Notes: generated from the sequence alone by a model not told the origin. DNA of 64,000 nucleotides from Eledone cirrhosa (GCA_964016885.1 OZ024749.1:50654001-50718000); one strand, 5' to 3'. Positions 41,850-55,792 are shown, counted from the first letter of the stretch. Numbers and translations are program-made.

Positions 41850-41902
<53 letters not shown>

Positions 41903-41974
41903 TGTGTGTGTTTGTATATATGTATGTGTGTTTGTATATATGTATGTGTGTTTGTATATATGTATGTGTGTATA

Positions 41975-42061
<87 letters not shown>

Positions 42062-42106
42062 TACATATATACAAACACACATACATATATACAAACACAT
42101 GATGTA

Positions 42107-42152
<46 letters not shown>

Positions 42153-43138
42153 CAGATTTGTCCTGAGGAAATGTCGGTAGTAACATTGGTAAGTATGTAT
42201 AGTTTCGTTGTATTTTATTCTCGTGTTCTTCTTATATGTGTTGTCTCTTCCAGTTCCCTGATGATTTTCAGCATTAGATGTTATATTTTATTCTAGAATT
42301 ATGTATGTAATGCAAATGATACACAAGAAATAAATATTTATAAACAATGTAACACGTTTTAAGGTCTCGTCTATTCATCTTCGTACTTTTCATCTCTGTC
42401 ATCTACAGACTGGCTCTAGCAAATAGATTGTTTTATCAGGATTTCACAGAATAATAACGTCGATTGAATGGTTCTACATTTATTTTCTTTTATTTCCATA
42501 TTATTATTTTAAGTTTGTTATGTGATAAATTCACGTTTGTTGAGCGTTTGTATTTGTATTGAAAACGGAAAAATGGCGACATTTACAGAGTTTTTTTTAT
42601 TGTTTTGCTTTTCTGATTTACAATTCTAAAGGTTATTTTTTATTTTATTTTATATTTTTTTGTTTCTTCAATGATTTTATTTTTTTATTTATCTTTAGTT
42701 GCTTTCTTACAGCTATTTTCGTACAGCGACATATAAACTAATTTTATACTGGCAACACATTTTGGGAAACAGGCAAACCAACGTAATTTGACCGAAGCTA
42801 TTGACTGTAGCATATTTTAAACCCGAACTGTGGGATTTGAAGGTAAAGTTAAAGGACATAATTAAATGCTCTGCGGCTTATTGCCTTGTTTATAACAGCT
42901 TTGCTATACATTGTCTCAGGTAAATAATATAAGGTAACGAGAAACTGAAACAAATAACCTGTTTCAAATGTAATATTGAAGAAAGAGAGTTGCAGAGCAA
43001 CAGAGAATTCGTAATGATGCTTAGGAGAGAAGAGTTGGAATTCTTTTCGATAACTAACATATATATATATATATATTCGGTATATAAGGATGCAATTCAC
43101 TTCTAGCACTCAACATGAATGTTATTTCCTAAAACAGG

Positions 43139-43327
43139 ACGGTGAGTTGGCAGTATCGGTAGAGGGTTGGACGCCATGTGTTCTATCATAGTTACGTCCC
43201 TTTACGATCTGAGTTACAATCGCGTCGAGGTTAACTTTGTCTTTTATCATTACGGAGTCGATAAAATAAAGTACCAGTAATGTACTAGGTAATTTCTGGC
43301 CTTGTGCCAAAAGTAGAAACAATTATT
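43139..43327 (+). mobile_element. tRNA-derived SINE
   Basis: Matches the consensus. TSD TTATTTCCTAAAACA. Confidence 0.9.
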
Positions 43328-43358
43328 TCCTAAAACAAGGATGGTGGAGTATATTATT

Positions 43359-43538
43359 AAAGAGGAAAATACGAAGTTGAAGCTGTTAGGGTCTTTATTA
43401 ATCGTGCTGTTATACATATTTCAATGACGATAGATATCATCGAAAAATTGATTAAAAGTTAACATTTCCGAGGCAATTTTGGGTGGAAGCAAGCGGAATA
43501 AAGGACCCTAACATCTTCAACTTCGTACTTTCCTCTTT
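43359..43538. mobile_element. Inverted-repeat cassette (~40-bp arms) next to (TA)n
   Basis: AAAGAGGAAAATACGAAGTTGAAG.TGTTAGG..CTTTATT is mirrored at 43497-43538. The minus strand has a degenerate core, TCGATGA...GAAAT-ATGT-ATA. Confidence 0.6.
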
Positions 43539-43556
43539 ATTATATATATATGTGTG

Positions 43557-43637
<81 letters not shown>

Positions 43638-43639
<2 letters not shown>

Positions 43640-43813
43640 CGAAGGAAATGTGGTAAGGAACCAGGTGGACCATAACGCACCAAAGTACTCAATACTTGGG
43701 GTAGTAGAGTGGGTAATAGGAACCAGTAAGACCCGACAGCTGAGCTCAAGCCGTTTCGACGGAATTAGCCGTCGAAACGGCTTGAGCTCAGCTGTCGGGG
43801 TCTTACTGGTTCC

Positions 43814-43815
<2 letters not shown>
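43638..43815. mobile_element. Fold-back cassette, family C
   Basis: Same family, with the axis hairpin partly deleted (GACGG-AATTAG-CCGTC). Flanked by (TA)n. Confidence 0.85.
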
Positions 43816-43844
<29 letters not shown>

Positions 43845-43846
<2 letters not shown>

Positions 43847-44069
43847 AGAAGTCGTTACACAACAGTTAGTTCACCATACCGAGAACAATTGTTTCACCTT
43901 AGCGGATCCTCAGCTCGGAATGGGTATGGTTATATTCCGAGCTGAGTATACCCTAAGGTGAAACAATTGTTCTCGGCATGGTTAACTAACTGTTGTGTAA
44001 CCACTTCTACCTAACTCGTCCCATGGACTTAGTGCTCTACCACGACGGATATTACCTTCCAGTGTTCCA

Positions 44070-44074
<5 letters not shown>
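43845..44074. mobile_element. Fold-back hammerhead cassette, family B
   Basis: Arms of ~75 bp. A 40-nt minimal hammerhead lies on the minus strand at 43918-43879 (CCGAG-CTGAGGA-TCCGCTAAGGT-GAAAC-AATT-GTT-CTCGG). The plus copy at 43937-43976 has a mutated core, CTGAGTA. Confidence 0.85.
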
Positions 44075-44132
<58 letters not shown>

Positions 44133-44220
44133 ATTAAAATACTTGAGCGTGTTGAAGTTAAACACCCTCTTCGTATTATAGAAATGACAGTAAAAGGTAT
44201 AGCTCAATGCAGTTAAACAG

Positions 44221-44265
44221 AGCCAAACAATGATGAGTCCTTAATAGGACGAAACATTGTCGGCT
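44221..44265 (+). ncRNA. Hammerhead motif (C3 variant) in a (TA)n-embedded cassette (44149-44312)
   Basis: AGCC...ATGATGA-GTCC-TTAATA-GGAC-GAAAC-ATT-GTC-GGCT. Confidence 0.7.
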
Positions 44266-44309
44266 AATAAAAACTTTTGATGTATTAAAGGATTCTTTGT
44301 TTTACTCTC

Positions 44310-44373
<64 letters not shown>

Positions 44374-44376
<3 letters not shown>

Positions 44377-45011
44377 TTGCGAGGTCTTTGATATGAAATC
44401 GTGTGTCGAAACAAATATTGTTATACTTGGGGAGGGTCATAGTTGTGTAATATTGCCAGAATTAATAATAGAACACACTCACTGTTTGGTTGGTTTTCGC
44501 TAAGAGACTAAATAAAGATGGCGTAGAAAATACAAAGCAACGGGAGGAAACAATAGCACCACTGACGATGTTGCAGATGTGCAACGAAAGAACTTTGATA
44601 GACTATATATATATATGTGTTTGTGTCTATATTGTATCTGTGTTTTTGACCGTTGGTCAGTCAATGGCAACATTGAGGACCGAATAAATTAAATCACCGA
44701 TATAAAAGACAGAAGCGAAAAGCGAAAACCAACCAAACAGTGAGGGTGTTCTGTTATTAATTCTGGCAATATTACATAAATATAAGGGCGGTGGATTGGC
44801 AGTATCAGTATAGGGTCGGACGCCATGCTTTCCAGCATAGTTACGTCCCTTTACGATCTGAGTTCAAATCCCACCGAGATTGACTTTGCCTTTCATCCTT
44901 ACGGGGTCGATAAATAAAGTACCACTAATGCACTGGGTAATTGCTGGCCTTGTGCCTAAAGTAGAGACAATATTACACAAATATGACCCCCCCCCCCCCC
45001 CCAAGTATAAC
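44374..45011. mobile_element. Inverted-repeat element (family D) with a SINE inserted in the right arm
   Basis: Left arm ~44420-44500 is mirrored by 44721-44784 plus 44984-45010. The spacer contains CTGACGA(44562-44568)-T-GTTGCA/TGCAAC-GAAA. A related copy lies at 52904-53040. Confidence 0.7.
44785..44975 (+). mobile_element. tRNA-derived SINE, full length
   Basis: Matches the consensus. TSD CAATATTACA.AAATAT. Confidence 0.9.
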
Positions 45012-45012
45012 C

Positions 45013-45040
<28 letters not shown>

Positions 45041-45044
<4 letters not shown>

Positions 45045-45669
45045 CACGATAAATTAACGGAGGCATAGGCCGTCGTTATTCCCTGTAAATAATGTGCTCA
45101 AAGGGGAAGAGATCCTGGGCCCTTTAAAATATTATATTTTAAAGGGCTCAGGATCTCTTCCCCTTTGAGCACATTATTTACAGGGAATAACGACGGCCTA
45201 TGCCTCCGTTAATTTATCGTGATATTTCGCTCCTAATAACAGTCTTTCCTATCTCTGTTTGGTTGAGCACACTTCTCTGAGTGGCTTTGGGCTGCCCTTT
45301 CTAGCAGTTCGTCTCTCAGAGGCCACTGGTTCACTGCCCTTAAACACGCTGTGACTTCTCTCTCCCACGTGTAGCTGGACAGTCAATTGTAAAATTCTCT
45401 TAGTGTTGTCTGAAATGTATGGCCTTACACACGCTGATGAACCGAGACTAGACCATTTCTTTCAACAAATTTTTTGGTGAAACATATCTTTGGATTTGTA
45501 CGTGTATTATATAGTTATAGAGGTATTTATTTACGCTTTAATTTATATTTTTAATTATCGTGTCTATAGTCTGCCTTTCATAGGTTATAGATTCCATACA
45601 CTGGTGGTTTTTTCCCTGTATTATTGATAGCACACTATATATCTCTCTCTGGTGTGTTACCTTCTCAAC

Positions 45670-45670
<1 letters not shown>
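45041..45670 (+). mobile_element. Penelope-like remnant: 5' fold-back palindrome (92-bp arms) plus a downstream hammerhead
   Basis: Arms 45041-45132 and 45134-45225 differ by one mismatch. Hammerhead: ACACG-CTGATGA(45434-45440)-ACC...GGT-GAAAC(45479-45483)-ATATC-TTTG-GATTT-GTA(45498-45500)-CGTGT. (TA)n flanks. Confidence 0.75.
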
Positions 45671-45759
<89 letters not shown>

Positions 45760-45763
<4 letters not shown>

Positions 45764-45959
45764 AACGAGTAGGACCCCGGCGGCTGAGCTCAAGCCGTTT
45801 CGTCGGGTAATTCTGGACTAAAATCAGAATTAGCCGTCTAAACGGCTTGAGCTCAGCCCTCGGGGTTCTACTCGTTCCTATTACCCACTCTACTACCCTA
45901 AGTATTGAGTACTTTGGTGCGTTATGGTCCACCTGGTTCCTTACCACATTTCCTTCGTT
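45760..45959. mobile_element. Fold-back cassette, family C
   Basis: Same sequence and axis as the other three copies. Flanked by (TA)n. Confidence 0.85.
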
Positions 45960-46211
45960 ATATATATATATATATACGTACATACATATGTGTGTGAGGT
46001 GTGTGTCTGTCTGTGTGAGTGTATAATCTTAACAAATATATGAAAAGCATTGGCTAGTTACTCAACAGTTATTTCTTACCATAGAGAAATGCAATATGAA
46101 AACATTCTTACATCTGCGCAAATTATGAACAAGGCGAATTGTGTAAGTAATGGTGTGAATAGTCGTAATTTCGATTGAAAATCTATTTGCTGAAGGAAAT
46201 GGATAGATTTG

Positions 46212-46255
<44 letters not shown>

Positions 46256-46309
46256 GAATATATATATATATATATATATATACGAATATATATATATATA
46301 TATATATAC

Positions 46310-46439
<130 letters not shown>

Positions 46440-46440
46440 T

Positions 46441-46471
<31 letters not shown>

Positions 46472-46565
46472 TGGGGACGTTTACAATAATTCTGTTTTTT
46501 TCTTTCATCAAAGTTACATTCAACGTATGTATTGTATGTGTGATATTACTGCTGAAGCTTTTTCC

Positions 46566-46607
<42 letters not shown>

Positions 46608-46734
46608 TATATGTATATGTGTGTGTGTGTGTATTGTATATTTGTGTTTGTGTGTATTGTATATTGTGTGTGCGTCAGTGTGCGTATGTATTTGATCGAG
46701 TGTGTCTATTTGTATGTATAAACACACACACACA

Positions 46735-46774
<40 letters not shown>

Positions 46775-47110
46775 TATAAATATATATAAGTGTGTTTATA
46801 CATACAAATAGACACACTCAATCAAATGCATTAAAGTTTTACATAAATGCGTATTAGTATATATATATATGTATATAGGTAGGTAGCTAGTTATGTACGT
46901 ATACATTTTATATATTTACATAATAGTTAACGCAACCATTATAATTTTATATGTATGTGTATGTATGTGACTGTCTTCAAGATAGTATATATATTGGTAC
47001 ATACGTATGTATATATGTATGTATGTATGTACGTAAGTACGTATATATGTATGTATGAACGTATATATGTATGTATGTATGTATGTACGTATGTATGTAT
47101 GTACGTATAC

Positions 47111-47183
<73 letters not shown>

Positions 47184-47386
47184 TGTGTGTGTGTGTGTGT
47201 GTACGTCTATCTGTATGTGGCTGTCTGCACGATAGCATCTCTGTTCTTTGAAAGTTTTTTAATGACAGACTTTATATGAAATGGTTGCAAAGCGAAGCGT
47301 CATTGATTTATTAGTATGTATAAGTATGCATGCACACATAGATACATAATTATAATTATGCACACACACACACACACACACACAGA

Positions 47387-47441
<55 letters not shown>

Positions 47442-47473
47442 ATATATATGTATATAGTTATGTATACAAATAT

Positions 47474-47511
<38 letters not shown>

Positions 47512-47550
47512 ATATATATGTATATAGTTATGTATACAAATATATATGTG

Positions 47551-47655
<105 letters not shown>

Positions 47656-48006
47656 CATACATGTGTGTTTCTTTGTGATTATGTTTATCTTTGAGAGTGT
47701 CAGTAACAGATAGAAGTAGATTTTGTACGCACATGTGTGTGTGTAAGTATATATGTGTGTGTGTGTGTGTGTCAGTGTACGCATGTGTGAGTCCAGTGTA
47801 CGTAGGTATGAGTGCCAGTGTGTCAGTGTGCGTATGGCTGTATGCGTGTGCATACATATATATTTGCATATGAGTAACATTTACTTTATTGATTATGTCA
47901 ACTTAGTTAAACATATATACTAAATTAAATGATATACCCACACATACACATACTGACGCACACACATATATATATATTGCATGTATATATATGTACATAC
48001 ATATAA

Positions 48007-48091
<85 letters not shown>

Positions 48092-48237
48092 CATGCATAT
48101 GTATATGGTAGTGTATTATATGTATTTATATGTATATGTGCGCGTGCTTCCTTGGTGGTGCGCCTGGTGATATAGAAATAGAAGAATTTGAAATAAATTA
48201 TTATCTGGAAGTAAAAAAATTGAATATATATATATAC

Positions 48238-48327
<90 letters not shown>

Positions 48328-48370
48328 GTGTGTGTGTGTATGTGTGTATATATATATATATATGAATATA

Positions 48371-48417
<47 letters not shown>

Positions 48418-48475
48418 GAATATATATATATATGAATATATGTCTGATGTGTTTATGTATGTATATATATATATA

Positions 48476-48535
<60 letters not shown>

Positions 48536-49002
48536 CATAAACACATACAGACATACACATACACACACACACACACACCCATATATGTATACATATATAT
48601 ATATGTGTGTGTGTGTATGTATGTGTCTGTATGTGTTTATGTATGTATATATATATATATATATATTCATCGTTATAATCTGGTGTTAGCAGATGGTTGG
48701 CGTGTTTTACAACGTGAGAAAAAAAATGGAAATTCTTATTCGCAGAATTCAAACAAAACTGTTGATTCACCGGAAATGAGCAGGAAAGATTTTTCAATCG
48801 TTTTAATTAAACTGCATTAGAATATTTTGCATCGAAAATTTCACAGAAATTCGATCTCAATACAAATTTTAGTCTATTCATGAATGCATCTGTCTGTGTG
48901 ACATATTCTATATTTTTTTTAAATATGAATGACTCACTCGGTCACTTCCTAATCATATATCTCTATATATCTGTCTCTGTCGTTTCCTAAACTTTTTCCG
49001 AG

Positions 49003-49090
<88 letters not shown>

Positions 49091-49874
49091 TAGTTTGCTT
49101 TTGTCTTTTTGAATTTTTGGATTTTTTTTTTTTTTTTTATATCTATGTTTTGTAACATTGTATCTTATATACAGGCTTTGGACAAATATATGAAGAATTT
49201 TGTTTAAATTGACGGATATTCTATTAGAAATATATTTTGTAAGTGAATATTCTTCGTGTCTGTTTATTTACATGATGTAGAACATTTCAAGTAAAAATTG
49301 AATTTTATATTTGCTTTAATTAATTGCACAAACTCTGTGAATTCGGAGCATCAAACACCGTAGCGTAAAACATATCATTTCACAATTGCTATCACAGTTT
49401 GTTGATTACACATTTTCTATAAATGTTCAATGAAAATAATGCACGGATAATTTGTTTTAGAAGTTTTAACAAATTATACATTAGGCTATATTTGTCATGG
49501 CTGGATTTAGCTTATATACCGCTGAGGAAACTATATCTTTCCCTGTGGGATGTTAGGGGGAATAAGAGTCCAGAATGAAGCTGCATATATTAATGTGTAT
49601 GAGTTGGTTTGGGCAAGGTAGCCTGTGTGTGAAGTGCGATATTATATACACGGTTTCTCAACTCTATATCTACTACACGGTCGCTCTTCCAATCCCCCTC
49701 TCTATATCAATTAATCAAGAGTTTGGTAGAAATGGATAGAGAGAGAGGGAATGAGAGAGAGTTTTGTATAGAAGATATAGAGACGGTGATAGTATGATGC
49801 TAATTGATATAGTGAAGGGGGCGAGTGTGTTGTATATTAGTTATAGAGAGGGGGAGAGTTTTCTGCTATATATG

Positions 49875-49936
<62 letters not shown>

Positions 49937-50073
49937 TTAAAACAATGAAATAAAAAATCAAGTCATTAGAAATATACTTCACTGCTTTACGATCGTTTCT
50001 AGGTGATATATATATATACACATATATATATACACATACTGTGTATATATATATGTATATATATATTTTTTAT

Positions 50074-50165
50074 TTAGAAAGTGAGCAACACATATAACTA
50101 CTCCATTACCCAAGGTACAGAAACCTTGGTTAATGGAGTAGTTATATATGTTGCTCACTTTCTAA
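50074..50165. mobile_element. Fold-back palindrome (~43-bp arms) with its axis at a hammerhead-like GAAAC-CTTG-GTT
   Basis: TTAGAAAGTGAGCAACA...CCAAGGT / ACCTTGG...TGTTGCTCACTTTCTAA, with GAAAC at 50120-50124. Confidence 0.65.
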
Positions 50166-50230
50166 TTAAATAGCTCTGTTCTATACATAGAGCACTCTTT
50201 GTTCCTTTGCTTTTTCTTCGGAAATATTTA

Positions 50231-50297
<67 letters not shown>

Positions 50298-50718
50298 TGT
50301 GTTTATGACATGAAGCTGACATCTTCTATATTAAGAATATCATTAGTGAAATGATCGGTTGTCACTAACGATGAGCAATAATTCATAGCCACATCAGTCA
50401 ATACTGTAAAAACATTGTATCTATAATATGCCAGAATACAGTGGCTCATTAGTGACCAATATTCGACCGAATCAATAGAATGTTTGGGAAACGAGTCGTA
50501 GTTAGTGTCATATGTTTGCCTCGTTTCATTTAGCATGTATAGATCCGTAACTCCTGACGGTGCCACAGGAGTGTCACATTGACATACTACGTTTCTACGG
50601 CATTTTTAAACCTGGTGGTACCTATCTCCTCTAGAGGTTTGACTCCAGGAGATGTCTTCCAGAGTAGGACAGAGAATGAGAGAGAGAAAAAATAAGTGAG
50701 AAAGAGTTATAGGTGAAG

Positions 50719-50877
50719 AATCGAACCCAGTAGTAGACTTGTACTTTTTTATCGACCTTAAACGGATGAAAGGTAATGCTCACCCCAGCGGGATTTGAAC
50801 ACAGAAAGCAGAAAGTCTGAATGGACACCGTAAAGCGTTCTATACGATGTTCTAACGACTCTGCTATTTCGCCGCCT
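50719..50877 (-). mobile_element. Older diverged SINE copy
   Basis: TTTTATCGACC..GGATGAAAGG..GCGGGATTTGAAC..TCGCCGCC. A similar relic lies at 25215-25392. Confidence 0.65.
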
Positions 50878-50933
50878 CATGTCACACTATTCCCACCAAA
50901 TACGTAATTCGCAATACATCTGCTATGTTGATA

Positions 50934-51133
50934 TAGCATGCGTCCCTCTACAAGCAAACCTGCGGCCCGCCCGCACAATGGTTTTTACAGTACGAGCATT
51001 TTTTTATCTTCGTAATATAAAATTGAAATAAAAAGTTAGTTGTAATGTGAGCAATTACTTGTCGTGTGTGGTCCTTACATAACACATATGTGACTCATGT
51101 GCCCCTTAGAGGACCCTCAGTTTGACATGCCTG
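50934..51133. mobile_element. Possible hAT(Charlie)-type MITE relic
   Basis: Right end AGTTTGACATGCCTG (reverse CAGGCATGTCAAACT). Left part AACCTGCGGCCCGC. Confidence 0.4.
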
Positions 51134-51619
51134 CTATAAAGTGTTCGTACATTTCATCAGCTTAAATAAACTATAAATGAGAGGTTGATTACGTTGCTGT
51201 GGAAACACATGAATATTTCATGAGTGGATTTCTTGGTGTAACCAATTCTTTCTATCTACTTGAAAACGTAAAGTTGGTATTAATGATGTACATGTATACA
51301 CTCTGGTCGAACATAGCAAATACGTGCAAATTATACGTCACGGCTTTCAGGTTAGATATCTTCAGACTTTATGTAGAGATCCATAAAACCGTAAATATCA
51401 TTCCGGTGATACGTATATATCTTGTATATATACATATATATATCACCACCACCCCACTCTCAAGACCGTGAAACTAATAAACCTTTGTTTGTACTGCCTC
51501 TCTGTTTTTGTTCCCGTTCCAGTTTTCACTATATATATATATATATGTGTGTGAGTGTGTGTGTGTGTATGTATATATATATATATATATATAATGTATG
51601 TATGTATATATATAATGTA

Positions 51620-51666
<47 letters not shown>

Positions 51667-52166
51667 GCATGTGTGTGTTTGTGAATGCCTGAATACCTAT
51701 GTACAAGCACACACATATATAAATATATATATATATATATATTTTATATATATATATATATATACATACATGTATATACATACATATATATATACATACA
51801 TATATATATACATATATATATATATATACATACATATATATATACATACATATATATATACATACATATATATATACATATATATATATATACATACATA
51901 TATAATAATTATATCCTACAGGCTTCTTCGTTTCTATAGAATACGATATTTTACATCTACGCAACTGGTCATTGAATCCACTTTCTCAAGAAGGGAAATG
52001 ATGAGCATTGAGCGATAGCATTTCCCAGACAACGATATACAATGAAAGTGGAAATTAGAAATAAAAGCAAAGCCGAGATCTAATGGTAAGTTCTTTTTCA
52101 AGTCGCTGACAGAAGCTTCTCTAAAAAGCTTAGTTACTTCTTCATAAGAAAATATCAATGCTTATC

Positions 52167-52204
<38 letters not shown>

Positions 52205-52206
<2 letters not shown>

Positions 52207-52252
52207 TCTTTTACTCTTTTACTCTTTTACCTGTTTCAGTCATCCGGCTGAG

Positions 52253-52330
<78 letters not shown>

Positions 52331-52372
52331 TGGCCTCAGCCGGATGGCTGAAACAGGTAAAAGAGTAAAAGA

Positions 52373-52375
<3 letters not shown>
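52205..52375. repeat. Inverted pair of a ~45-bp retroposon 3' tail around (TA)n
   Basis: TCTTTTACTCTTTTACCTGTTTCAGTCATCCGGCTGAGGCCA-(TA)n-TGGCCTCAGCCGGATGGCTGAAACAGGTAAAAGAGTAAAAGA. Confidence 0.85.
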
Positions 52376-52417
<42 letters not shown>

Positions 52418-52870
52418 AACATAAAATCGTAGAAACATTACCTTTTGATCAGCGAAATAAAACGTTTTCGGTGGTGATGAAGGACGCCTTGTGAAAGGAT
52501 GATATCTATTGATTAATACTTCAGTATACTGTTGGAATGGTAAACTAATGGAATGGTAAATGTAGACTTCTGAAGAGCTATCCTTCCTGTAGTAAAAGTA
52601 GTGATAGAAAATGTTGTAATAGAATTTGTTCCTTCTTATTCAGCTTGAAAGGTAGAGAAGCATGTGATTGATGTTTCTTTGTAAGAGCTTGACTAGGATG
52701 TGAATATGTTAAGAATAATCTGTTTACTGAGAAATTGAATTCATCAGAAATCCACTAACTTAAGTAAGAAGGGATTCTACGCACGGTTTCATCAACACGA
52801 CCACTGTTACCGCACAAAATATCTTCACACCCAAATCTACTCTATATTTTGATAACTTCATCAGTGATAT

Positions 52871-52906
<36 letters not shown>

Positions 52907-53536
52907 CAAGGTTTTTGATATGAAATCGTGTGTCGAAACAAATATATGGAGATTTAAAAGATACAGAAGCGAAAACCAACCCAAGCCAAACAGTGGGTGG
53001 GTTCTCTTATTATAACAATATGACCCTCCCCAAGTATTATACATACATACATACATACATACATACATACATACATACATACATACATACATACATACAT
53101 ACATAAATACATGGTGGCTGCCAACTCGTTTTCGAGTACGGCCACTACTTTATATCCATGTAGGAGAACCCCTACCGATGCACTGAACGAGTGTGACTTT
53201 TTAGTCCAGCCAGCGACTTGAAGACTCTGGTACAAACACTACACGTGTGACAATTATTGACACATAGTGCTGGGTCCATGGTACCATGTGACGACAAGTG
53301 CAGAGAGATCTCCAGATATAAAGCAATGCCTGTGCCGTGAAGCTTTTATAGTGAGCAAAGGCACTGCACAAACCCAGTCCCACTCTCTTAACCAAGATGA
53401 TATTTACCAAAAAGAAGAACAAGTCAACAGCATTGGATACCATCAGGGTTGCAGGTGTTATACATACATACATACATACATACATACATACATACATACA
53501 TACATACATACATACATACATACATACATACATACA

Positions 53537-53567
<31 letters not shown>

Positions 53568-53873
53568 TTAAGAACCAGATTGTGCAATTCTCATTTTATA
53601 TTTTAAAATTGAACGTGAGGGAAAATTTCAATGTCGATCATCTGAGTTTTGAAAACCAGAAATATATTTTATTGGGTAACATGAAACAAATATATTTGAA
53701 TTCTGAAGCTACTTAAATTTTATATAGTATGAAATATATTTGTTTTTATTTCGTCTTAAATCACAATTTGTGAGCAAATCGATCTTTGATTTAAGACTTC
53801 CAACGTGCCAACAATTTTTTTTATTGCATTTCAGAATGCGAGGGACGTGCATATATATATATATATATATATA

Positions 53874-53955
53874 TACAGGGTGTCCCAAAGAAATGTATAC
53901 GCACTTCAACAGCATTCTAATATACCCGTGTATTCATTTTTGGGGACACCATGTA
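53874..53955. mobile_element. Tc1/mariner-type MITE
   Basis: TA-CAGGGTGTCCCAAAGAAATG...CATTTTTGGGGACACCATG-TA. Same family as 10351-10455. Confidence 0.75.
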
Positions 53956-54063
53956 TATATCTACGAACGACATACATATATACACACACAAACACACGCA
54001 TATGTAAATATATATACATTTTTACAAAATGAAATATACCCGAGGTGTCCTACACGACTGAAA

Positions 54064-54333
54064 GTATAAGGAAAAGAGATGAAATCGAAAATGCAACTGG
54101 AGTCTTTTTTTTTAAATGATATATTTATTTGGTTCCTTTACCGGTTTCGCAGTTCTTCTTTTTTTCAAAAGTAGAATTGAGTTGGAGGGTCTGTGGTTTT
54201 TCTCACATCTGATGTGAAAAAAACCACAGACCCTCCAACTCAATTCTACTTTTGAAAAACAGAAGAACTGCGAAACCGGTAAAGGAACCAAATAAATATA
54301 TTTGTATTTTCGATTTCATCTTTTTTCCTTATA
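54064..54333. mobile_element. Fold-back palindrome (~120-bp arms) with a hammerhead 3' half
   Basis: Axis at 54210 (TCACATC-T-GATGTGA). GAAAC-CG-GTA at 54272-54281 is mirrored at ~54139-54148. The left arm has an extra ~20 bp. Confidence 0.8.
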
Positions 54334-54741
54334 TATATAATTACAAATATACATAGCTACATGTTGAATATCTCTTACGTTTAATGTTCGTTTTATGTTT
54401 ACAGTTTAGGTTCACTTTAGGACGTGGGTTAGGTTTATGTTTAGATTTAAGTGTAGAGTTAGTTATATGATCATGGTTAATGAATTGGTTAAGATCTTCT
54501 TGTTTTCCATCAATCCCTCATCTTTGTATCTGGGTTTCTGCTAAGTAAGACGAATCTTCTATATCAATATTCAGATATGATACTAGAACTAACAAACTTA
54601 AAATCATATTTTCAGTCATATAGATAACATATATGTGTCTGTTACGTATCGTTTAATGAAAATACACACACACACGCACACACACAGATATATATATATA
54701 TATTTATATATATGTCTATATGTATATAAATATATATATAT

Positions 54742-54787
<46 letters not shown>

Positions 54788-54806
54788 ATATTATATATAT
54801 ATAATA

Positions 54807-54934
<128 letters not shown>

Positions 54935-54959
54935 ATATATTTATGTATATATATATATT

Positions 54960-55026
<67 letters not shown>

Positions 55027-55584
55027 TGTGTGTGTGTGTGTAAATGTGTGTGCATATGTCTGTCCGTGAAAGAGCCAGTGTATGTATATGTAATGTCTAC
55101 ATTTGTGTATATCCCTAATCTGTATGTTTACATCTATGTCTTTCTAGTATAGATACGTATAAATGTTAGCTGGTGAGTTTTTCTTACTTTATATAGCGAA
55201 ATTAAATTAAATTGAAATCAAAATAAAAATAAACAATACTTGAAATAATGGAATTGAGAATTGTTTTATAAATAGACAATTTATAAGAATGAATATATTT
55301 GTCAGATTGAAAAATAACCTTAAAACAAAAATTAATTTTTATATAGTTTCACAGATTTCTAAAATCTTTGGTTTTGAAGTTAGTTTCTTCATCGCCCCAC
55401 TCACATTTCTCTTTGTATCTCTCTCTCTCTTTCTCTCTCTTTCTTTATTTCCATATATCTATATATATATATATATATATATAGATATATATGTGTGTGT
55501 GTGTGTGTGTGTGTATCTCTTTTTCATCCATTCCCTTTCAATATACACCAATGTAATTACTTTTATTTAATATATATTTCTTTA

Positions 55585-55650
<66 letters not shown>

Positions 55651-55728
55651 CTCTCTTTCTATCTATCTCTCTCTCTATCTTTCACTTAATACTGACAGAC
55701 ACTTACAGAACGGCATCTCCTTATATAC

Positions 55729-55792
<64 letters not shown>

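Noticed and set aside
53112-53458. Unique island between (TACA)n tracts with 128-149 aa ORFs
   Set aside because: The ORFs are partly repeat-derived and show no motif. It is probably a decayed retroposon end but cannot be classified.
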